From assembly GCA_038087875.1 (NCBI GenBank), contig CM075990.1, positions 1,116,001 to 1,180,000 of the forward strand: a stretch of DNA of 64,000 nt, written 5' to 3'. Position 1 is the first letter of the stretch. Each line of letters starts with the position of its first letter. The DNA is from Malacoraja senta. Its lineage: Eukaryota. Shown in pieces: positions 25,348-36,600 of this stretch. Under the pieces are notes generated by a model. That model ran no database searches. It had not been told where the DNA came from and saw only the letters and a list, made by a program, of their open reading frames with translations. Made by a program: the position numbers and the translations under genes.

Positions 25348-26263
25348 AACAACGTTTAGTGTAAGATAAAGTTTGCTAAAGTCCGATTAAAGATAGTCCG
25401 AGGGTCTCCAAAGAAGTAGATCCCTACCAGTAGTTTCCCCCTTCTCCTCTACTTTCAGTCTGAAGAAGGGTCCCAACCCATGAAGAAGGGTTACCCATCC
25501 TTTTTTTGCAGAGATACTGCCTGACCCGCTGAGTTACACCAGTACTTTTAGTCTATTTTTGATAAATGGGAGGTGAGGTGAGCGGGGTTGGTGGGGGAGA
25601 GTGGGGGAGAGGGCCACTGAGGTGTGGGGTGTCTGAAATTAGAAAACTGCAACCGGGAGACTCAAGGATGGGCGGGGGAGAGTGGGAGTGGGAAGGGGAG
25701 TAAACAGGAAACGTAAAGCGAGATTGTTGCAGAGTACAGGAGGTCTGCAGGATGGTCACACTGAATGGCTGCACCTCTGACTATACAGCACGGGGAGAGA
25801 GGGGAGAAGAGGAGTGTGGGGGAGAGAGGGGGAGTGTGGGAGGGAGATGTCTGGGAGGGAGAGAGGGAAAGGGGGAGCAGGAGAGGGGCTGCTGCTTCCC
25901 CCCCTGGGGTAACCCCCCCCCCCGGAGAATCCCCCCCTCCATCCCCCACTGGGGCAGATCCCCCCCTCCTTACCTCTCCACACAATTTACATTTATACCA
26001 AGCCAATTAACCTACAAACCTGTACATCTTAGGATTGTGGGAGGAAACCGGAGCACCCGGAGAAAACCCAGGCAGTCACAAGGAGGACGTACAAACTCCG
26101 TACAGACAGCACCCGTAGTCAGATCGAACCTGTGTCTCTGGCGCTGTGAGGCAGTAACTCTACCGCTGTGCCACCATGCTGACCCAAACAGTTTGGTGAA
26201 GATGGATGTGCCTTGACGCACTGCCTCCTCGGTAAATCTAACTGTTTGTTTCCCTTCCTGTAG

Positions 26264-26293
26264 GCTCCGGTTTATGAAAACACAAACCAGCTG
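26264..26293 (+). CDS. 30-nt microexon encoding APVYENTNQL (YxN motif)
   Basis: Acceptor tgtttgtttcccttcctgtag with a branch-like ctaac upstream, and a perfect donor CTG|gtaagt. Symmetric phase 0 with no stop, in a small unique island between repeats. Confidence 0.7.
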
Positions 26294-27921
26294 GTAAGTT
26301 GATAGCCACTTCTTCAGACTGATTTGCGTGATGGTCTGGGCTATGTCCATGACTCTTTGGGATTTCTTGTGGTCTTGGATGTAGCTGTTCCCAAACCATC
26401 CTGTGATGCATCCTGAATAGAGGGTATTAGCTGCATGGAAAGGTTGGCCACACTTGGTTGTTGTCTCTGGAGTGGCAGTGATGGAGGGGAGACCTGATAG
26501 AAGTCTATAAAGTTGTGAGAGAATATAAAATTATGAGAGGTATAGTTTATTGTCACGTGTATAAGGTACAGTGAAAAGCTTTTGTTGCGTGCTAACCAGT
26601 TAGCGGAAAGGCAATACATGATTACAATAAAGCCATTTACAGTGATTCATGATAAGGGAATAACTCTTTACTGCAAGGTACAGCCAGTAACGTCCGATCA
26701 AGAATAGTCCAAGGGTCACCTATGAGGTAGATAGTAGTTCAGCACTGCTATCTGATTGTGGTAGAATGATTCACCCCTGAGTTTCTCCAGCATTTTTGTC
26801 TACCCGTGGTAGAATGATTGATGAGAGGATGATTCAGTTGCCTAATAACAGCTGGGAAGAAACTGTCCCTGAATCAGGAGATGTATGTTTTTTCACTTTC
26901 TATCCCTATTGCCTGATGGGAGGGGAGAAGAGGGAGTGGTCAGTGTGCAACTCATTCTTGGTTATGCTGCTAACCTTGCTGAGGCAGCGTGAGGTGTAAA
27001 TTGAGTCAATGTTAGTTTGTGTGATGATCTGGGCTGCATCTACAATTCGCTGCAATTTCTTGCGGTCTTGGATGGAGCTGTTCCCAAACCAAGCTGTGAT
27101 CCATCCTGATAAAGAATCCATGTCTGAAGAAGGGTCTCGACCCGAAATATCACCCATTCCTTCTCTCCAGAGATGCTGCCTTGTCCCGTTGAGTTACTCC
27201 AGCTTTTTGTGTCTACCATCTATCCTGATAAAATGCTTTGTACTGTGCAGCTGTAGAAGTTGGTGAGAGTTGTAGGGGACATGCCAAACTTCCTAAGCCT
27301 TCCAAGCAAGTAGAGGCGTTGTGTGCTTTCTTGGTCGTTGCTTCAATATGGGTGGTCCAGGAGAAGTTGTTGGTGATATTGACTCCTGGGAATTTGAAGT
27401 TTTCAACCATCTCTACTTCTGCACCGTCAATGCAAACTGGGGCATGTGTAGAGACTTCACTTCCTGAAGTCCATCACTATCTTGCTGACATTGAGAGAAA
27501 GGTTGTTGTCTCCACATCAAGACACGAGGTTCTCAATCTCCATCCTGTACTCCGTCTCATCATTATTTGATATCCGGCCCACAATGGTGGTATCGTCTGT
27601 GAATTTACAAATGGAATTAGATTTGTACATGGCTGCACAGTGGTGGGTGTACAAGGAGTAAAGAAGGGGCTGAGAACACATCCTTGCGGAGCCCACTGTA
27701 TTGAGGATTATCGTGGAGGATGATTTGTCCCCTGATTGGGGTCTGTTGGTCAGGAAGTCGAGGGCCTGTTCCTGTGCTGTACAGTTCTATGTAGGAAGGA
27801 ACTGCAGATGCTGGTTTATAGACACAGAATGCTGGAGTAACTCAGCGGGACAGGCAGCATCTCTGGAGAGAACGAATGGGTGATGTTTCAGGTTGAGACC
27901 CTTCTTCAGACCCTAATGAAT

Positions 27922-27949
27922 CTGAAGAAGGGTCTTGACCCGAAACGTC
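27922..27949 (+). ncRNA. Minimal hammerhead ribozyme motif in a Penelope-like terminal repeat
   Basis: CUGAAGA-A-GGGU(CUUG)ACCC-GAAA-CG-UC. Confidence 0.65.
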
Positions 27950-29835
27950 ACCCATTCCTTCTCTCCAGAGATGCTGCCTGTCCCGCTGAGTTACTCCAGC
28001 ATTGTGTGTCTCTCTCTTTTCATCAGCTTTGCGGGGACAGCTAGACTACTAGGCTTATCACCGTTCAGGAATCTTCTCAAAGGCAATAAATACCAGTCCC
28101 ACCTGTGTTGCCTAGGTCGTGAGAATGAAATAAGCTCAGTATACTTCTGTCAGGAGCTCCCTGCTCTTGCCTTCACTGTCCGAGCCATCAAATGTGTTCC
28201 TCACACTGCGTGCTCCACCATTCCCAGGGGAGCATGAATGTCTATCCCTGGGTCCTCGATATCCCTGGAGCTAGGAGCTGTCCATGCTGGAGGCTGCGAT
28301 GTCCACCAAAACCTTGTGCCAACTCTCTGACATCTGCGTTGACCCTCACTGGTATCACCCTTCCATGCCTGTGGCCATCGTGTGACATGTGACAGCATGT
28401 GCCCACACACACCAGATGACCAGGTCATTCCATTAAACTTTAGAGATACAGCACGGAAACAGGCCCTTCGGCCCACCGAGTCTGCACCGACCAGCGATCA
28501 CCACACACACTAGACAATTTACAATTTTACCAAAGCCAATTAACCTAGAACCCTGCACGTCTTTGGAGTGTGGGAGGAAACCGGAGCAACCCGGAGAAAA
28601 CCCACGCAGTCACAGGCAGAACATACAAGCCAACATACGAACGTACAGACAGCACCCAAGGTCTGGATCGAACCCGGGTCTCTGGCACTATGAGGCAGCA
28701 CTCTACCGCTGCACCACCATGCCTCCCCAAGACCCTTGACTTTGTCACTTTCAACATTGTCAAAACCTGTTTGGGTTTGACATTCTTGATATTCATTCAA
28801 ACTATTAAATCCCTTCTATCTGTTCCTGTCTATAGAAATAGTTCAGGTTCAAGTTCACATTTATTGCCACATGCACCAATTAAGATGCAGTGAAATGTAA
28901 GTTACCATGCAGCCGTACAATCAAAAATACACAATAGAATTGAACAGAAACATCCACCACAGTGGAATCAACATTCTTCACTGTGATAGAAGGAAATAGA
29001 AACATAGAACGGTATTGTCTGAAGAAGCATCCCGACCTGAAACATCACCTATTCATGTTCTCCAGAGATGCTGCCTGTCCCGCTGAGTTACTGTAGCACT
29101 TTGTGTCTTACTGGCACTTGGTTAACCAGCATCTGTAACTTCTTGTTTTCTACATAGAACAGTACAGCACAGGAACAGGCACTTCAGCCCACAATGTCTG
29201 TGCCGAACATGATGCCAAGTTAACACTAATCTCCTCTGCCTGTACATGATCCATATCCCTCCATTCCCTGCATATCCATTGTCTATCTAAAATGCCACAA
29301 TTCTATCTGCCTCCACCACCACCACTGGCAATGCATTCCAGGCACTCACCCACCCTCTAGGTAAAAAAATCCTTTCAACTTTCCTCCTCTCACCCTAACA
29401 CTATGCCCTCTGATCTTTGACATTTTCACCCTGGGAAAAAGTTCTGATTGTCTAGCTATCTATGTCTCTCATACTTTTATATACTTGTATCAGGTCTCTC
29501 CCAAACCTCTGATGCTCCAGAGAAAACAATCTAAGTTAGTCCAATGATTCCTTATAGCTACTAACCCTAAATCAGGCAGCATTCTGGTAAACCACTCTGG
29601 ATCAACCAAAGTCTCCACATCCTTCCTGTAATGGGGCATCCAGAACTGCACGCAATACTCCATATACGGACTAACCATAGTCATATAAAGCTGCATCGTG
29701 ACTTAAACCCTGACCAATGAAGTCAAGCATACCATACGCCGCCTTTACCATTCCATCTACTTATGTTGTCTCTTTCACATATAGACTTGGGCCCTGATCT
29801 CCCTCTATACATCAATGCAGTTAAGGGTCTTACCA

Positions 29836-31220
29836 TCTATCTATCTATATCTATCTATATCTATGTACTATTAAAACTCTGTGTGTGTGTGGATGGATGT
29901 GTGTGTGGATGTGTTTATTTATTTGTGGGTGTCACATTTGGCCTTTGATTCCTTGCTCCGCCAAAACCACACGCGAAAACTCCGCGATTTTTTCCATTGC
30001 GCTAGACATTACACTTTTACATACCCTAACACACTCCTTATTAGATTTAGACATTTTTATGTACACATTTTAAAATAAAATCCATCCCCCCCCCCCCACT
30101 CACTCATTTTGTCTCCTCTTGCTGGCCAGCCACCATAACGGCTGCTGCCGACCGGCTCTGCTCCAAAAACGACGCCATTTTTTTTCTTTTGCTAGCGATT
30201 TTCGCCGCGGGGTCTGAAGCACGTTTGGGGTCCAGTCCCAACGGGTCTGCTCTTGGTCTAGTATAATACTAAAAGTCTCGTCTTGTTTGTCTGTCTGTAA
30301 GATCAAGGAACTACGCCAAAATGGTACACAATAGCTCGAACATTTTTGCAGAATCTTACTCAGCTTTTTCCCGTGGTCGTTAGTATCAAGTTTCTTCACA
30401 TTTGATGTTATATTTCACAAGTTATTGATATTTAAAGTTTAAAAAAGGCAACTGAAAATAATAACTGCCTGTGAGAGTGAGACTTTTCTCGCAGCTTCCA
30501 ATGATGTCACAATGCCATCTCACAGTCGTCCAATCCCAATGGGATCTCACTTACACAAGCTGCCGTGAAGATTCCGAAAACCGAAAATGACATCACGATG
30601 TGATCTCTGCGGCTCTCTGCTGCTGATCTCTGTTGTAAGGAGAGGGACGTGGTGGGGGAGGTTTAAAAGTTTTAAAGTGACATTTAAAAGTTGGATTTCT
30701 TCAAATCTGCACTGGCAGTAAGGCAGTTATGATGTCATAATGCCCTACCAGCTATAATGTTTCCTTCTGAGTCCTTCAGAGCAATAGTCCTTCAGGGAAA
30801 GAATCTGCCAGCCTAACCCAGCACAGCAAAGTTTAACTAAAAGTCTCATCTTGTATGTATGCATGTATGTTGCCGAAATACAGCCAAAACGGTACACAAT
30901 AGTACAACGATTTGGTGGGCGCCTGACTCACCATTTGTCTGCGGTGTGCAGTATCAGGTTTCATTATATTTGGAAAAAAGTAAATCACTTTATAAACTAT
31001 AATGAATGTTATACTGTGAATGGGACAAGATTCAACGTGGCAGTAGCACCTGCGCAGTGCGCTCCCACTTGCCGGACCCGTCAGCTGCGCGTGCGCAGTT
31101 GTGGGAGGGTTGCTGTGCCCGGCGCCATTTTCAAATCGCCATTTTGATCTAATACTTCCATTCTAACTGAACATCTCGGGGATCTCTGGCGTCACAACGG
31201 GGACCCAACGGGTCGTCTAG
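29836..31220 (+). mobile_element. Tandem chain of non-autonomous Helitron-like units
   Basis: TC-rich start; heads acta(tt)aaaactct/actaaaagtct; 3' hairpins cccaacggg followed by CTAG at 30258-30261 and 31217-31220. Confidence 0.6.
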
Positions 31221-31339
31221 TTAACCATATACCTTTCCTTTACATTCGACCTCCCCAGAGTACAGCACCTCCTTTGTTAAGGTGCCACACGTGAGGCTGC
31301 TATGGAAGATGAGAGCCCATGGTATCAAAGGGCGCAAGT

Positions 31340-31861
31340 TGTGAAAGAACACTCACGATGCGTAGAGAATGTAGAGAAACAAGTTTATTTATTAGCAAGT
31401 CTGCAGAGTTGGGTGTCTCCCCTGTCAAGACACACCGAGGATCGGGATGACTTCCATCTTTATACATTTAATGGGTATCATTGTCACACCCTCATCCCTC
31501 CCCATTGTGCTTCTTCCAATCATAACATAAAGCCCACATTCCCACGAGAACGTCCTGGAACGTCCACCCGACGTCAAAGACACCTCCCATATCATGCATC
31601 GCATGTGCATTTAAATGAGACATCTTGTCATAGTGGGTGTGTGTACATATTCATGTAAGTTCATTGCCCATGCGCACTGAGTGTTTCTTGTGACCCTTAC
31701 CCTAGTTCTATGCTGGGCTGTTGCTATCTTCTCTGTTCTCATCCTTGAAAAAGTCACCATCTGTACTTGTCCTTTACTCCCCCTATCCTCCCTACTATAC
31801 TCCCTACTATACAAAGGGTTCTTGTCTAAATCAACTTATACCTATTAACCCCTTTCTCACA
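31340..31861 (-). mobile_element. Solo-LTR-like segment
   Basis: TGTGA...TCACA inverted termini, 522 bp, with a minus-strand AATAAA near the left end. No short TSD. Confidence 0.45.
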
Positions 31862-31894
31862 CTTTACATTCGACCTCCCCAGAGTACAGCACCT

Positions 31895-33020
31895 CCTTTG
31901 TTAAGGTGCCACACGTGAGGCTGCTATGGAAGATGAGAGCCCATGGTATCAAAGGGCAGATACTAGCATGGATATCAGGTTGGCTGGATGGCAGAAGGTG
32001 AAGGGGCCTTTTTCTGTTTGGCTGCCAGTGACGAGCGGAGTTCCACAGGGCTCGGTACTGGGGCTGCTACTCTTCACGTTGTATATTAATCATTTGAATG
32101 AAGGGATTGAAGGCTTAGTTGCCAAGTTTGCGGATGATATGAAAATAGGTGGAGGGGCAGGTAGTGTAGAGAAAGCAGGGATTCTGCAGAAGGATTTGGA
32201 TAGGTTGGGAGAGTGAGCAGACAAGTGGCAGATGGAATATAGTGTAGCAAAGTGTACCATGCTTTTTGGTAGTAGGAATAAAGGCGTAGATTATTTTCTA
32301 AATGGGGAGAGAATCCAGAAATCGGTGCCCAGGGGTTTTGGAAGTGCTGGTGCAGGATTCCCAAAAAGTTAATCTGCAAGTTGAATCAGTAGTAAAGAAA
32401 GCAAACTCAATGCTAGCATTTATTTCAAGAGGGCTGTATACAAATATAAGGATGTAATGCTGAGGCTCTACAAGGCGCTTGGTCAGGCCGCATTTGGAAT
32501 ATTGTGAGCAATTTTAGGCACCATATCTGAGGAAGGATGTGCTGGCTCAGGAGAGGATCCAGAGGGGGTTTACAAGAATGATCCCAGGAATGAGTAGGTT
32601 AACATATGATGAGCAGTTGACGACACTGGGCCTGTACTCGCTGGAGTTTAGAAGAATGAGGGGGGACCTCATTGTAAGGCTTGGATAGAGTGGATGTGGA
32701 GAGGATGTTTCCACTAGTGGAAGAGTCTAGGACTAGCCTCAGAATTAAAGGACGTTCTTTTAGGAAGGAGATGAGGAGGAATTTCTTTAGTCAGAGGATG
32801 GTGAATTTGTGAATTTCTTTGTCACAGAGGCTGTAAAGGCCAAGTCAGTGGATATATTTAAGGCAGAGATAGATAGATTCTAGATTAGTATGGGTGTAAG
32901 AGGTTATGGGGGGAAGGCAGGAGAATGGGGTTAGGAGGGAGAGTCATGATTAAATGGTGGAGTAGACTTGATGGGCCGAATGGCCTAATTCTGCTCCTAT
33001 CACTTATGTACTTATGATCT
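31895..33020 (+). mobile_element. CR1 LINE, 5'-truncated and degenerate
   Basis: [17 protein letters not shown] and AKFADD motifs; ends with the CR1 3' UTR gggccgaatggcctaattctgctcctat. Confidence 0.9.
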
Positions 33021-33460
33021 TATCACAGCGCCAGAGACCTGGGTTCGATCCTGACTACGGGTGCTGTCTGTACGGAGTTTGCATGTTATCCCCCGTGACC
33101 ATGTGGGTTTTCCCCGGGAGCTCTGGTTTCCTCCCGCACTCAAAGGATGTACAGGTTTGATGGTTAATTGGCTTCGGTAAAATTGTAAATTGTCCCTAGT
33201 GTGTGCGGGATAGTGTTAGTGTGTGGGGATCGCTAGTCGGCGCAGACTCGGTGGGCCAAAGGGCCTGTTTCCACGCTGTATCTCTAAACTAAACTGAACT
33301 AAAACGGTAGGGAGGAACTGCAGATGCTGGTTTAAACTAAAGTGCTGGAGTAACTCAGCGAGTCAGGCAGCATCTCTGGAGATAAGGAATAGTTGAAGTT
33401 TCGGGTCGAGACGCTTCTTCAGGCCGTGTTTAATGGAGGGTCCATTCTGCTGTTTTGCAG

Positions 33461-33685
33461 GCGTACAACAACGTGACAAATGAGGCCGTGTACATGAACG
33501 TGGAAGAGGGGAAAGCCCAGCGCTCATGGCAAAACCTGGAGCCCAGATGTACACAGCCTTTCTCCATTCATGCAGCCAGCCCAGTATCTCCACAAGGAAA
33601 TCCATGGCCCCCAATCTCCTCCCCCAAAGGGGGGCAACAACTCCATGAGATGATGTCCACTGGAGCCATCTATGAAAATGTTTAA
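33461..33685 (+). CDS. Terminal coding exon of a tyrosine-motif (YNNV, YMNV, YENV) adaptor-like protein
   Basis: Acceptor ttctgctgttttgcag, phase 0, 74 codons plus TAA. Unique sequence between repeats with three YxNV motifs, ending GAIYENV*. Confidence 0.65.
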   Translation, partial: AYNNVTNEAVYMNVEEGKAQRSWQNLEPRCTQPFSIHAASPVSPQGNPWPPISSPKGGQQLHEMMSTGAIYENV

Positions 33686-36600
33686 AGTAATCTGTGGAGT
33701 CATACAGCACAGAAACAGGCCTTTTGGCCCATCTCGTCAATGCTGACCCAGTAGGCATGCTGGGTTAGTCACATTTGACCCGTAACCCTCTAAACTCTTC
33801 CTAATTATAAAACTGTACAAATGTTCTTTAAGAGTCATAATTGTGTCCACTTCTATAACTTCCTCTGGTATCTCGTTCCAGATACGGACTACCCTCTGAG
33901 TGTATGGATTGCCCCTGAGGCCTCTCTTAAATTTCTCCACTCCCACGTTAGGCCGATGCCCTCTAGTTTTAGAATCCTCTACCCTGGGAACAAGCCAGTG
34001 AGCATTGACTTCATCCATGCCTCTCATGACCTCAATAAGGTCACCCCTTAGCCTCCTACACTCTAGAGAAAAAAGGTTCCAGCCTATCTAATCTTTCCAT
34101 TTCATTCAAGTCCATCAGCCCAGGAAACATCCTGGTGAATCTCATCTGCACCCTGCAACTTACTGACATCCTTCCTACAGCTCTGTGACCAGAGCTGCAC
34201 ACTGTACAACATGCACAGTCTCACCAACGACTTGAACATCTGCAGAATGATGTCCCAACTCCTGTCTCCAATACACTTCCCAAAGAAGGCAGGATCCAGG
34301 CTAGATCCTGATGTTAAATTAGATATCCTTCTTCACCACCAATTTTGAAGTCATCTGCAAATTTACCAACAATGTTAGTTAGCTACATTGTCACGCAGAT
34401 GGTTAATGTAGATGACAAACAGCAGTGGGCCCAGCACCAACCCCTGCAACACTCCACTGGTCACAGGCCTTCAATCAGAAAAGCAACCCTCCACGGCACA
34501 GCGGTAGAGTTGCTGCCTTGCAGCGCTTGCATCCAGAGACCCAGGTTCAATCCTGACAGCGGGTACTGTCTGTATTGAGGTTATACGTTCCCCTGTGACC
34601 GTGTGGGTTTTCTCCATGTGCTCCGGTTTCCTTCCACGCTCCAAAGACATGCGGGTTTGTCAGTTAATTGGCTTTGGTAAAAATTGTAAATTGTCCCCAG
34701 TGTGTGTAGGATAGTGCTTGTGTATGGGGATCGCTGGTCGGCACAGACTCAGTGGGCCAAGCGGCCTGTTTCTGCGCTGTCTCTCTGAACTAACCTAAAC
34801 TAAAATTCCCCTTAGATTCCCTCCTCCAAGCCAATTTTTAATCCAATTGACGAGCTCACCATGGATTCCATGCTTTTTAACCTTCTATACAAAGCTACCA
34901 TGTGGGACCTTGTCAAAGGCCGTATGAAACTCCATACAGACAACACCCACTGCCCTGCCCTCCCCTCATCAATACACTTGCTGACTATCCCCAATCAGTC
35001 TGTGCCTGACCAAATACTGGTAGATCCTGTCCTTCCAACAACTTCCCCACCACTGACGGCAGCCTGTAGTGGCCTTGCTTGTCCTTGGCACAACATTAGC
35101 CACCCTCCAGTCTTACAGATCTACACCCATGGCTAAAGATGATGCAAATATCACAGCAAGAGCCCATTCAATTCCCTCCCTTGCCTCCCACAAAGTCCAA
35201 GATTGCATTGTTCAGGCCCTGGGGATTTATCCACCTTTAGTACACTTTAAAGCACCAATATCTCCCTGGTAATTTGTATATGGGCCAAGGCATCACAACA
35301 ATGCCTCATTTACTTGTCTTCCACAATCTTCTTAGTAAATGTAGATGAGAAATATTTCTTTGATAGACACAAAATGCTGGAGTAACTCAGCAGGCCAGGC
35401 AGCATCTCTTGGGAAAAAGTAATAGGTGATGTTTTGGGTCATAACCGTTCATCAGACAGCTGACCCGAACCATCACCTCTCCATGTTCTCCAGAGATGCT
35501 GCCTGACCTGCTGAGCTACTCCAGCACTTTGTGTCTACCTTCGGTATAAACCAGCATTTGCAGTTCTTTCTTTCCTGAAAATATTCATTTGATATCTCCC
35601 CAAATCTCTTGTTGCTCTCCACAAAGATTACCATACTGATCTTTAAGGGGACTTAATCTTTCCTTAGCCACCCTTTCACTGTAGAGTCTCTTGGGATTTT
35701 CCTTTACCCTGCCCGTCAGCATCTTCTTCTCTTTTTGCCCTCCCTGTTGCCTTACATATACTCCTACACTTCCTACACTTGTTTGGGGGCTTCCCCTGCT
35801 CCCGACAGCCTAAATCTGACATGTGCCTCCTTTTGTGTGGGATGGAACTGCAGATATTGGTTTAAACCACAGATAGACACAAAAAGCTGGAGTAACTCAG
35901 CGGGACAGGCAGCATCTCTGGAGAGAAGGAATGGGTGACGGGTCTGAAGAAGGGTCTTGACCCGGAATCGTCACCCATTCCTTCTCTCTGGAGATGTGCC
36001 TCCTTTTCCCTGGCCATTGCCTCAATATCTCTTATCCACCAGAGATCCATAGATTTGACAGCCTGGCCCTTCAGCCCAACAGGAGCATGCTGCCCCTTGC
36101 TACCTCATTTTGGAGAGCCTCCTAATGCCAACTGTCCCTGCAAACAGACTCTCCCAATCACCCTCTGCACGTTCCCACATGTCGGCATGACCCACGCCCG
36201 GCTGCGTCTGGGAGAAGGAAAACAAAACAGGGTCAGTGATGTTATTTAGTGCATTGTATGGGATGTGCACACAGACCGGGACCAGCTGGGACTGGTTAAA
36301 GCCGCCCTCCCCCTCCACCCTCTACTCCCTTTCCCGTCCACCCTCCCCTCTCCCACCCCCCTGCTCCCCACCCTCCCCTCCCCCTTCTCTCCTCCTTCTC
36401 TCCACCCTCCGCTCCACCCTCCCCACTCCCCACTTCACCCACCCACACCACTCTTCAGCACGGGTCACAGGCCTTCACTGAGGTGGCAGCACCTCCTCCA
36501 CCCACCCCCCTAATCCTTTCATCAACCCCCCCACCCTTCACCCCTACCCCTCCGCTTCCCCTCCATCATCCACCTTCCCCTTCAGCCCTACCTGCTCTTC

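Noticed and set aside
25059..25359. ORFs spanning X residues
   Set aside because: Artefacts of the N gap.
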